Of a stretch of DNA of 64,000 nucleotides, positions 14,101-25,732 are shown piece by piece. The notes beneath the pieces are model-generated. The model was not told the origin of the DNA. It did no database searches and saw only the letters and a list, made by a program, of their open reading frames with translations. A program made the translations under genes and the position numbers. Position 1 is the stretch's first letter. Each line of letters starts with the position of its first letter. Source of the stretch: Lingula anatina (Eukaryota > Animalia > Brachiopoda); NCBI GenBank assembly GCA_051362555.1, contig CM120642.1, forward strand, positions 29,884,001 to 29,948,000, in the 5' to 3' direction.

Positions 14101-17100
14101 TGGCAGCATTTCCATACAACAGGTTATTTAGTGCCAGCAAACATTTCTCTAATACCTGTTCTTCTATGGCATGGTCGGCACCGGATATATAACTATGGCA
14201 CATATCTATGAAATCATTAAAATAGGTCTCAAATATTTAATTTAATCATATATTAAAATGTAGGCCTCCATATTGAACAGACACAGGCCAAAATGATCTA
14301 GTTCCCATTAGTCGTGAGAAAAAAATTATTACCGTCAGACTATACATTCTTTGAAGACCAGTTATTTCTTTGAATGGTACTCAAATGATTATAAAATAAT
14401 TTAAGTTTTCAGGCGACACAGCATGACAGTTACAGATTACATTTCCATCAACCATTATTAGTAACAAAAAGTGGCAAAATGTTTCATGGTTAACAAAACA
14501 GATGTTTCAGAGTGGTAATAAAGAAATTACCAGATGTCTCAGTTACACTTTTAAAAGGTTGTGATGTGCTATAACTACCTATCAAACACTGCAAGCCTCC
14601 CAAACTTGCAACCTTTTCCCTCAGACTCTGCTGTTTTCCTAGATTAATCAGGACTTCCAGAGCTTTTTCTGCTATCTTACCATCCGGCACTCTTGTGAGG
14701 GGCAGAATAACTCCCATACCCCCATCAGTGAGTACAGCGCCACCTATAGTAAAAAATAATAATAAATCACTGTGACCTTTTTTTAATCCAAAGCTTTCAA
14801 TTTCAAGTAAAGGGATAGATATAGACAACACCATGTTAGCAATTCAATATTTAAGCACCAAATTTTATTCCAGTTAATTCTTATTTAAATGATCTTACTT
14901 TGTATTGCAGCAATAGTGAATCATAGGAATATCAAAAGGAATCAATATATTTATATCCATTTTGTCATATAAATGACTCTGTCTAAAAGATTCGTATTTA
15001 TTCAAGTAATCTTAAGTTACTGAAAATTTGATATTACTATATATTAAACAAACAAACAAACAATCATGGTTCATTCAGAAAGTCTCTCACCTAGAACATA
15101 TTTCTCCTGGCATAGATTGCACAGTGCTCCTAATGTGTTGGCAAGAAGTTGATTGCTGATAGGTGTAGGTCCTACTCCTTGACAGAAATAAAAAACTTTG
15201 TATGAATTATTTTTCAGAACCATATTTTGACAGATTCTATAATACAAAATCTGCCCTTATAGAACATCAGCCTGTTAAAAATAGCTGTCTTTAAATCTCT
15301 GTAAAGAGACTCCAAATGCCTGCAATAACTACACCACTAGCCTAGGATAATAATCCTGAATCAGTTATTTAGTATACTATCAAGCTTCTCAATGTAAATG
15401 TAGCTGCATGATAATAAATTCATTATATCTGAATTTTATATTAAAATTTTCTACGAACCTTTTAGTCTACACAGGGTTGCCTGTGGTGGGATTTTGCCCA
15501 GGTTCATCTCTTTAGTCAAGTAATACATGTCACTCCAGGGTACCTTGCTGACCACGCCATGATCCAGGACATACACTGAACACACCTCGTCTCTCACCCT
15601 TAATATCTGCATGGAGAAAAATAACACAGCTTATGTCTTTATATGAAAAAATATAATATCTTGTTGAAAAAATATTACAATTAAAAATAATTTATTCAAT
15701 GATACTAAAAAATATAATATACAATATAACAATAGTTTCATAGTGAATGAGCCCTTTTGTCACTGTCACTCATGTCCCCCCACCTGTCCACGGCAGTGTC
15801 CCATCCCATCCAATGTGACACACACAAACTGGCCAGGTTCTGGAGCCTTTTTCAGTTTCACCCCTTTGCTGTCTACTTGCTCTGCTATTGTCTTCTGGAC
15901 TTGTTCTACTGTGCTCAGAGTGTCCAATCCTCCCACATATGCCATGAAGTACTGAGGACTGATGACATGGCTGACTCTGATATCCAACCAGTCATCTGTG
16001 CTCTCTGGGATATCCTGAAGAAACACAGGTTTATTATAGCTGTGCAGTCAAAGGGATTCACAAATTTGCGAACTTAAAATAAATGATTGTAAATATGATG
16101 GTAAATATGACAACAAATATGAACACTTATGCATGTTCAACTTGATGTATTTTTGGGGAAGAGTTGAAGTCCTAATTAACATACTGAAGTTAAGTCAGAA
16201 GTTAAGCATGTACATGTAGTCGTATGTTTACATGCAATTTTAATAATATTGTTTTTTGTTATCAATCTTTCATCAAGCAATTTTACCTTTATCTCAACAC
16301 CTGACACCAAATATTCTGATTGGGAAATTTTCTGATTCTGCTCTTTCTGAGTATTTAAAGGAGGCTTTATCTCTGGCCATGCAAGTCCTCGCTTTAGCAT
16401 TTCCTCTTTTACTACAACATCAATGGTTTTATCAGTGGTATCGTAAAGTTCAACAACGAAAGATGATGCAGACTGAAGTATGCTGTTGGAGTCACATTTT
16501 AGGTACTGGGAAAGTATCTCCTCTTTCTCTCCATCAACAAGTGGTGATACCTTGCCAATTAGGTCTTTTCCCTTGGTAAAATTTCTTAAGAAGCTTACAG
16601 CTTCTGGATGATATGTATAAAAATACAAGTTCTGCATATCTGCTATCTGCAAAAGCAATTTGATCAGTCCGGCTTTGAGTATTTGAAACTGGTTGTATGC
16701 CTCCCCATAGGAGAGTTTACGTAACAGCAGCACCATCTGCTCCAGATACTGAAGGAGTCTTATATGACTAGAAGATTCCAAGTCTGGTAGTCCATCTCGA
16801 CATATGTGTGTGCATGTGTTCCAAATGGGCCTTAGAACTTCCTTCTTGACCACAGCCACCTACATTATGTTAAACATAGAGCTGATATAAAATCAGGACA
16901 AACTGAGGCAAACACAAATTCATTAGGTATAAGGATTATATCTTACATAAAATTCAGGTCAGCAATTGCATATATATGAAATAGATTGCAAAAAAAAAAA
17001 AATAATAATAATAATAAAATAATTGGAATCACTGATATAACTTATTTTTTAATGTAAATGACTAAATAAACAAACGACAGCATCTCACAATAATGTATCA

Positions 17101-17440
17101 TTTTACTTTATTAACATGATTCCAACAGTAGGTTCCCATTACGACACTTCTTCTATTGAAGCATACTGTTTTTAACAGAAACTTGCTGTACTGGTACTGG
17201 TACCTTTGTATCTGGATCATTATGGCATAACAGGCTTAATAAAGCACATGCCATGGTCTTCAGTGACAACATGTAGTCCACATTCAGCATTGTAATTAAC
17301 TTCAACAACAGATTCTGTGGGACAGCCTCTGGTTTTCCAGAAGTAGAACAATACTGGATCATTTGCTGTACTAACTGAGCTAGCTTCGTCTCATTGTTCT
17401 CCTCTATGATACTGTCTGATAGAGTGACAAACGAAGCCAT
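5178..17440 (-). CDS. 865-aa multidomain protein: ARM-like repeats, permuted extended Tudor domain, RG/RS linker, C-terminal Schlafen AlbA_2 (SLFNL1-like) domain
   Basis: 14 coding exons, all GT-AG and phase-compatible, 2598 nt in total: 17440-17204, 16859-16287, 16014-15784, 15606-15459, 15177-15091, 14743-14579, 14205-14074, 13655-13511, 10045-9832, 9367-9274, 8563-8450, 7677-7447, 6572-6478, 5309-5178 (TAA). ARM-like motifs: ACALLSLLC, LGALCNLC, AEKALEVLINL, SLGGLQCLI, LLALNNLLYGNAANK. Tudor motifs: VSHVISPQYF, PEPGQFVCV, VYVLDHG, IPPQATLCRLKGV. Schlafen motifs: HELR..KLICGFMNQGKGGHIYFGIDTNSLVQGI..DRLRVGLD..FLRVEG. AATAAA on the - strand at 4638-4643. Confidence 0.85.
9421..9660. repeat. 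Degenerate pentanucleotide (GGCAT/ATGGY) repeat in an intron
   Basis: ggcatggcatggcatggcatggcat followed by decayed 5-mer variants. It generates the spurious ORF 9436-9663. Confidence 0.8.
10250..13335 (-). mobile_element. Non-autonomous Helentron-type element (HINE/DINE-like) carrying tandem repeats
   Basis: 5' end on the - strand: perfect 14-bp inverted repeat TATGTACAGACACA-tc-TGTGTCTGTACATA (13306-13335) next to a T-run, followed by a CGT/CGC microsatellite (13265-13290). The matching subterminal repeat ATGTACAGACA is at 10270-10280, with a short hairpin (10253-10267) and a CTTG-TT end. Internal ~160-bp tandem units at ~12630-13255 and older degenerate ~330-bp units at ~11050-12230. Confidence 0.75.
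13712..13800. mobile_element. Short palindromic MITE-like element
   Basis: ATTATTGGCAGAAGCCGAATTTTTTTT ... AAAAAAAATTCAGCTTTTGCCAAATAAT imperfect inverted repeat. Confidence 0.45.
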
Positions 17441-18004
17441 TGGATCCCTGTATTTTGTCAGAGCAAGCAACAGACCCAAAAAGCTTACATGAGAGTAGGA
17501 ATTACATGTATATGCATAACACTGACAGAGTTATGGCAGTCTGTATGTATGCAGAATCCACATACATTGTGCGCTTACTACATGGGTATATAAATCCATC
17601 TGAAATGACAATCAATGACAGTATTAGCGGATGTGACAGTATGATAGTGCCAATAAATTGGTTTTCTCCAGCTTAGTGTTCCAGGACTTCTGATGGACTA
17701 TCATCAGCGAGATATCATTCACAATCCGAAAGAGATGAGAAGGCAATTTTCATATCTGTTCAAGAGCTTTCGTTAGCCGAAGATCGGGAGCAAGAGATAG
17801 TTTCCGACCCTAGCTAAAGGAGAAGGTAATTTTCGTATCTATATCTTCAGTGGGAGATCCATCAAGATGCAAGCGTAATGAGAAAGCATTTTTCATATCC
17901 GTTCAAGAGACTTTGTTGGTGGAATATTGAAAGTCGGAGATCGTTCGCGATCTGTGGGAGACAAAGAGCAATTTTCATATTCATTTAAGGGAGTTCTTTC
18001 GTGA

Positions 18005-18887
18005 GATTCTAGGACAATTCCCCCCCCCCCCCCAACTATTCCCCCCGTACAATTCCTCCCCAGGACAATTCTCCCCCCGGACGATTCCCCCCCAAGAAAT
18101 ATATATTTATATATAAATATAAAGTAGAAAGTGTAAAGTATAAAACATGTCATCCATTTTATTAATATTTTTAGTGTGATAATACAACTTCATCATGAAA
18201 CAAATTATTTTATAACAAATTCCCTTTTCAATGAGTACAAGTACAGGAAGATTTATTAAATATCTAAGTATAACCACCTATCCTTCAGGTCAAGGTGGGG
18301 TAAACAGATGAACAGGTAAACACTGTCAGATATTTTATAAATATTTTTAATGTGGTGGGTGGTGGATAGTGGTCAAGCAATTAAAAGTGACAAATAGTCA
18401 CAGGGATACCTGAATAAGCTAGAAAATCTGTTTACCCCACCTCTCCCTAGAGATGCTTCTTTATTCAAGACTTACTCAATCAAGGGGGGAGAAATAAAGC
18501 AATTAAAAGTAACAGTTAATTCATCAAAGGGCTACCTGGATGAGTGATATCATCTGTTTACCCCTCCTTTACCTGGAGATATACTTTGATCAGATTAAAA
18601 AAAAAAAAAGTTCTGTACTTTGATCTCGAAAATTTTATGTATTTGTACTCCATGAAAATAATTTGTTTAATAAAAATAATATTATCTATCCTTGATTTGC
18701 ATCATCACACTAAGAAATATTCAGAAAATGGATGAAAAGATTTGAACTTTGTACTCTTTACTTTATATTTGTATATAAATATATATATTCTTCGGGGGGA
18801 ATCGTGCGGGGGGGGGGGGATTGGCCGCGGGGAATAGTCCGGGGGGGAATTGTCCGGGGGGGGGGGGGGGGGAATTGTCCTGATACC
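18005..18887. mobile_element. MITE with long C-rich/G-rich TIRs and 9-bp TSD (Mutator-like)
   Basis: ~120-bp imperfect TIRs made of GGACAATTCCCCC sub-repeats plus an AT-rich block. Direct repeat CTTTCGTGA at 17996-18004 and 18888-18896. Confidence 0.8.
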
Positions 18888-19404
18888 CTTTCGTGAAAAG
18901 GCGTCAGCAGTAGATCGTTATTGATTATTTTTAACCCTCCCTCCCCTTTGAAGTTTACTCCTTTTTCATACATTTTTTTTCATTAAATTTTTACCCCTCC
19001 TCCCCCTCATGGTACTTGAAAAAGTTGGACGCCCTGAAATGTTCAAGGAAATTACATGTACAGATGGAAATTTTGGACGACCTAACAAAAGAGTTGGTTC
19101 TGGGTGAAGTAATATACAGTTACTGGAACTTAATTATATAGTGGGAATATCTTAAACTTTAAGTGATGATTTTATTTATGGTGAAAACTAATCTATGATA
19201 TTTGGCACATAAAATTTAAGCTGCCCTTCACCTGTTGCGTAAATTTTACGTACATTTAGCTGTTCCTGGGAATTTTGAAAATCTGTGCGTACCATTTTTT
19301 AAAAAAGGTCTGGTTACGCCCCTGCAATATAATTAAGACCTGTGCATAATGCGGCCATGCTCAGTTGAAAAAATCTTGTATGAAGAAAAGGGAGGAACAT
19401 TTAC

Positions 19405-19529
19405 CTTCAAATCACTGTTAAGTGTTTTCACCGCTGCCAGGCATTAGGCCCTCAACCCGAACTTCTCAGACTTCGGAGACTCCTGGAGTTCTAAAAACCA
19501 TAGTTGCCATCTTCTCTTTATCATTTTAC
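19405..19529 (-). other. Probable 5'UTR exon of the ARM-Tudor-Schlafen gene
   Basis: Acceptor tttcatag| at 19530 and donor AAG|gtaa at 19404. All three frames contain stops. The next acceptor is at 17448, 7 nt before the ATG. Confidence 0.5.
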
Positions 19530-19599
19530 CTATGAAACAAAACTAATCAAAGGTAAAATCTGTGAAGATCAATTTTGCGAACTACATTTTAACAAGCAA

Positions 19600-19872
19600 C
19601 TCCATGATTCTTGTGCTTCAAATTTACCACACCACCAAAACCGGAAGTGATAAAGAAAAATGTATAATTTACAGGCAGTGATATTTGACATACTTTTGTT
19701 TATGTTCAATTTTTTCAGATAAAAATACTTATCAAGTTAAATAAATTTATTGTTGGAATAATAAATGTTTCTCCGGATGAGAAATCCGTTGTTTTGTAAA
19801 GAAAAAATTCGGAGGCCGAAGCTACTATTTCCTGCGCAGTCTCATGCGCAGCTTTACACAATAAACCAAATC
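19600..19872. promoter_or_regulatory. Bidirectional promoter between the ARM-Tudor-Schlafen gene (-) and PSMB7 (+)
   Basis: Divergent gene starts within ~350 bp. ETS/GABP motif CCGGAAGTG at 19641-19649 and NRF1-like TGCGCA..CATGCGCA at 19832-19850. Confidence 0.65.
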
Positions 19873-22800
19873 ATGGCCGCACTTGCTGTGGATCCTCCAA
19901 GAGGAGGCTTTTCCTTTGAAAATTGCAAAAGGTGAGACACATAGTGTTACCTGCACTGACACTAGCCTGTCGGTCAATATATTTGGAATCGAAAAAATGC
20001 CTCACATTTAAGGATTTATTGTTGTCACATTTAAATAAGATCTATTTACTTGTGGCCACACAATGATATGCAAAATCTCGAAAAATTGCTAATAATAATG
20101 TAGTAACTAATAATAATGTAGTAACGAAACTTAGTGATACTGTGTTTGAAACTGTCACCTTACAACTCTCAAGCATCCACGATGAGGATGGAATTTTTGT
20201 GACAAGCATTGTCATTAACCAACAAAAGTGTGCTTTTGTGAAATTGGTGAATACAAATCTTTGTGGAACGATCAGTCACACATTTTTTTTTTCTAGAAAT
20301 GCTTTGCTTGCACAGAAAGGTATGAAGGCTCCAACTGCATACAAAACTGGAACAACTATCTGTGGAATAATATTTAAGGTTTGTGCATTGGCATTCTCTT
20401 GTGTGTTTGTGTTTGTCAGAAACTGTTTTGGTCAAGTGTTGGTGATTTCTGTGCTTTACCATTATTGCATTGTGCATCTTCTTTCAATGTCATATTTTAC
20501 CTGATTTGTTGTTAAAAGAACAGAAGTTTTTATCATGTTAGTACTAGAAAAGCAATAAATATTTTAAAAAAGTTTTTTGTTAATGAAATTAGAGAAAAAA
20601 TAAAAATAAAACTATGTATATAGTGTGCAAATATTTGCTTATTTTATGTTATTTATTTTATAAATTTCTTTACAGGATGGTGTAATTTTAGGAGCTGACA
20701 CAAGAGCTACAGAAGACACCATTGTTGCAGATAAAAATTGTTCCAAAATACATTTCATAGCTCCAAATATATAGTAAGTCATCATGATGAAATTAAACTC
20801 CAAAGTAGTGATGCTAAATATGTTTAATTATAGTACATTGTAAATAGTTCTTCATGCTTTTAAGCTTAAAAGCATTCCAAATTATATTTTACATAGTAGG
20901 ACTCGTCAGGTATTGAAGAAATTATAATCACGTTAGTTTCAGTATCTGGAAATGCATGAATTTTTCATATGAATATGATGAATAATGAATTCATTAAAAT
21001 GTTTTAATTCAAATGCAGGAGCATGGTATTAGATTAAGCACATGGATTTTGATCTCTTAGTAAATGTTATTAAATTGATGATATAGCATTAATTGAAGAT
21101 CATAAGTAATTCATTATGATATATATTCTAGCTGTTGTGGGGCAGGGACAGCAGCAGACACAGAGATGACCACTCAGATGATCTCGTCTAACCTTGAACT
21201 CCACAGACTGAACACCGGGAGAGTGCCCCGCGTGTGTACAGCCAACAGGATGCTGAAGCAGATGTTGTGGAGGTAGGCAGAAAAAGAGATTGTGCTGAAA
21301 TCCTATCCATGCAGGCTTGTCAGAATGTAAAAACAAATAAAATGTCAAATAAAACGTAAAAGTAATATTTACTCTTTGTATACGTACCCACAATCACCTA
21401 CAGTGGTGCTGATTTTGAAAATTGATCAAAAGCTGTTGAATAATGGTCATAAATGTGCATAGCATTTATTATAACAGTGATGAAAGTACTTCCTGTTTAC
21501 CCATAATTGTAGATATTTCAGTGTTGTATGTATGTATGTTCTTCTGGCCTCCGTAGCTGTTGTCTTGGGTGCTTGCTTTTTCTAATTTTTATTTTTTTCA
21601 ATGACGACTTTTTATCTCTGCTATCAAGTCCATTCTCAGTCTGATAGTCCTGCTTACTTATGTTATGTTGATAAAATCATAGAACATTAAGTCATGGATA
21701 TAAGACCCTCTTATGGGGTCATTATTTTCTACATTATTACACATGAACACGTAAACACACACATGCGCACACACACATTGTATTGTCGTTTTGGCTTTCT
21801 AGCCATCAGCTATATATGTATTAATAGTATTTATGGTGCTGTTGTGTGTGGTTTTAGGTATCAAGGTTATATCAGTGCAGCATTAGTTCTGGGCGGGGTG
21901 GATCCCACAGGGCCCCACCTCTACAGTGTCTACCCTCATGGTTCCACGGATAAGCTGCCATATGTAACCATGGGTAGGGCAACCATTCTGTTGTTATGAT
22001 ATTGATTAATATGAAACAGAATTATAGGTGATAACTTAGAGATTTGATTTAATGCAGACTATGACTTGTAAAAGGAAACAGATCAGAGGATTTTGTTGGT
22101 CTGAACTTATGTCTTTGCAATTTTTTGTAAGTGGCAAAGTATGTCATTGTGTGTCACAAACCAATTTGTCAATCTATGGACCAAAGGCATAACCTTTTTG
22201 CTATTGTCGTGTTGGGTCAAAACACGGTATTTGAAATGTCTCTGACGGGACATTTTAGAGACAATTTTAAAAATTACAGTTGGTAAACGATCCACATGGT
22301 TACTTTTAAATACATTTTTATTTAGCTGGACCATAAAGGATTATGTAAAACAAGCAGCTAATTTGTATTGAAATTAATGTGGGAATGACAATCACTTGAA
22401 GGTCTGTCTCTGACGGGACATTTTTGACCCCTGTATTTTTTTACTAAAACTCCAATGCAAAATTCTCTTTGAAATTTCATTTAATCAAGACTTTTGTGAT
22501 TCATATTGCAAGGTACAAGTCTTGGGAAGCAATTAATGCACAAACAGGCCAGTTTTGTTTACTTTCCTTGGCAGCATGGGCTGTTAAGTGTAAAAAGTCA
22601 CTGTCTCTGACGGGACGTCTCTGACGGGACACTTTTGGGCACTAATGAAAAATCTTAGAAAAAAGGTTTAAAAAGTCACACATTTGTATCTAATGAATCT
22701 TACTTGATGGTTATTGCAAAATAGCATTTCTGTACATTAGAAAAATCACCAGATGCAATATGTTTAGAATATTAATTAATTATCATGACACAGCGATAAG

Positions 22801-25732
22801 GCACAGTATAATTTTCACATAATCCACTGTCCATTACTCCTATTTCTCAATATCAATCAACATTTTCCATGATAGTTCACATGATAAATCCTGTTTTTCA
22901 ATTAGTCTTAGAACACATATCTTTTCTGCACTTTAGAGATTTTTTCAACCAGTCACATTAACAGGTGATGGAAACAAGTAAAGTCCACGAGTGTCTATGC
23001 TAGACATTGGAAGGACTTCCTTTGCATCTTTTATGGGAATCCATGCTTTGTTTTCTGTGGCAGGGTACACAAAGTTTCTTTTGCCAGAACCTTCAGTACG
23101 TAAGAAACTGACTTCCACTTCGCCATCTTCAGTGTCATGGGTGACCTAACCTAAGAATTGTTTTACTCCTTTCCTGGCAGCAAACTCCGAAATGACAAAA
23201 TCTCCCTGGTGAGACTGAGCTGTGCCTTGACCGACATTGTCATAGTGCGAATGTGCAGGCAAATCAAAGTCCCCAGTCATATGAATAAGTTTAGCATATT
23301 AAGAGGGTTGCTGGTACAAAGAATTGGTTGACACAAGAACATGTCCATGGGGCTAGGGCTGAGACTGAAGCTGTTGGAAGTGTTGAATTCCTGGAACAGA
23401 TGGACAGTTTTCCCAGCGACTGCTGATGGGTGCGGTAGCTGCTACAATATCTTCTGCAGACAGGTACATTATGTTGACATTGGGGCATAATTCTTTGCCA
23501 GCCAAATAGAATTGATAAGGTGTATCTACAACCATTTTTCTCTGGAGCACTGCTCTCCAAACCTGTCATTTCATTTTCCCTACGATCCCATCCACTGGTT
23601 CTTTGCCATGGGCAGTGGTATAAAAAGAACCACTGCGCTTCCATACCAAAATCTGTTTCATGATAGTACCATGTATAGACAGTAAAAACCAACTTTTGAA
23701 TTGACTGGGGGCTGGGCTCCGTCTGACCAGTAATGGACTTTGCTGAATGATTGCTGGTGTTGGAGGTCTTCGAGAATGGCCTTATTACAAGTGAAGACAG
23801 CCTGTTTGTTATGGTGCAGATCATCAGATACCACAACACATGGTTGGAGCTGGAGGTCTCCTTCAGACTCTGTTCTAAATCATGCACATGCAGTGAACAT
23901 AATGACCTGCTCACAGTTCTAGTGCTCTGACATGATCTCTGACGGCACATGTCAACACCTAATCACTGACAGTCAACCTAGCTAATAATCAGTAATGGTT
24001 AATGAATTACCCAGTAATGATCAGTTGCAAAAGAAAAACAAGAAATGTAACACACCAGAACACTTTAATTGATTCAATTGAAGATGTAAAACCTTGTGTT
24101 TCACATCTGTCAGAAAATGTCCCGTCAGGAACAGAAAATGTCCCGTCAGAGACAACGATAAAATGTGGCAATAAATTCACTGTAAATTGTTTTAAGTTTG
24201 TAATTTTTAGCTATAATCATTACTTATCATTATTTAAAAGAGGATTTTAAGTTTCATTTATACAACCTACCAGATGTGGAAAATATGAAAACTTTTCGAA
24301 GTCAAATGTCTCTGACGGGACACACCACTCCTTGTGCTAAATAATTTTTTACTCAAAATAAGTGATATGTGGCAGTTTTCTATGTTAAACTATTACTTCT
24401 GATTAGTTTAACATATTTGGTTGATAAAAACTTGAAAAAACAACCTAATATCTGACTCAGGCCAATATGACCATGTGTCCCGTCAGAGACAATTTTTTTT
24501 TTTCATTTTTGTTTCCCAGTGGCTCACAGAAAAAGTACTGGGAGTATATCAATGAAACTTACATTATCTGAAAATTTGATTTGTTTTCTACAAAAATGTA
24601 AAAATTTTAAATTTCAATGAGACAAAAAAAAATTTGACACCCATGGCACCGTTACCGTGTTTTGACCCTGTTAAAGATTTTTTATTTTTCTATATGAATT
24701 GGATTTGACATCAATTTTTTACCCACTTTTTCAGGATCTGGGTCCTTGGCTGCTATGTCAGTATTTGAATCAAGATACAAGCCTGATATGGAGGTAAGTA
24801 GATAGGAATTCGCTGAGGTCCAAAAGAAAACAAATACATGTATAATTGCAAATATATATTTTTTAGTTAATTGATTTAACTCTTAGATTTTTCCATTTTT
24901 CTTTGATGTATATAACTTGTTTCACTGCATTTTCAAAATTTCAACACTGTTTGATTTTAGCCTCACAAATAAACAATAGAACACACTTGAAACCATGATG
25001 ATAATAATATACAGTCAGAGGCAGATTTTCTGTTCTGTCATCCAGCTGTTGTTTTCTCCTCAGCAAGATAGCAAAAGTGTATGACTTGTCTTCAACATTC
25101 ATGCACCCACCTTAACTTAACAAAAGTCATCATTGGCTATTCTGCCTTGGTATTCCAGAAAGAAGAAGGAATGAAATTAGTGCGGGATGCTATAGCTGCA
25201 GGTATTTTTAATGATTTGGGCTCTGGCAGTAATGTGGATTTGTGTATTATCACCAAAGACAAGGTGGATTATATCAGACCTTATGATGAAGCTAATCTCA
25301 AGGGAAAGAGGTAGGTTGACAGTTATTTGTTAATTAATCGACTTGGATGGTTTGAATATAAAATGAAATTTGTCATTTTTTACACCAGAAAATATAATTG
25401 TTTGTTGAATGAACAAGGATTTTTCTCAGAATTTGGTACATTAGCTATATTGCAATTTTAATTGCAGAAAGAAATGATTCAGGGGCAGTTTATTAGGATA
25501 GGAATCATTAAAAAAAGAATACACTGGGTCTCACACTTAGGCTCAGTTTAGTTAGTTATAACGTCGACTTCATGGTTCATGAATTGAACAAAATTTTTGG
25601 CTGATTATTTTCAGACAAGGGTCATACAAGTACAAGCCAGGCACTACAGCAGTCTTGACCAGTGAAGTGAAGCCTCTCGAGTTGGAAATACTGGACACTC
25701 AGATTGTCTCTGAGCCTATGGAGGTCTCTTAA
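19873..25732 (+). CDS. PSMB7: Proteasome subunit beta type-7 (beta2), 274 aa
   Basis: Exons 19873-19931, 20297-20378, 20676-20773, 21132-21272, 21858-21973, 24735-24793, 25159-25310, 25615-25732. Propeptide [11 protein letters not shown], processing site KTG|[48 protein letters not shown] at 26114-26119. Confidence 0.97.
22214..24668 (-). mobile_element. Decayed cut-and-paste DNA transposon, Sola2-like, in PSMB7 intron 5
   Basis: Perfect 16-bp TIRs GGGTCAAAACACGGTA (22214-22229 and 24653-24668), 4-bp TSD TGTT, and multiple subterminal TGTCTCTGACGGGACA motifs. GRG termini plus a 4-bp TSD fit Sola2. Confidence 0.8.
22930..23920 (-). pseudogene. Frameshifted, 5'-deleted transposase remnant
   Basis: Motifs across frames: [39 protein letters not shown], then [17 protein letters not shown]. 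Interrupted by stops and frameshifts. Confidence 0.75.

Noticed and set aside
17720-17990. Four degenerate GCAATTTTCATATC repeats
   Set aside because: Too decayed to assign; no termini or coding capacity.
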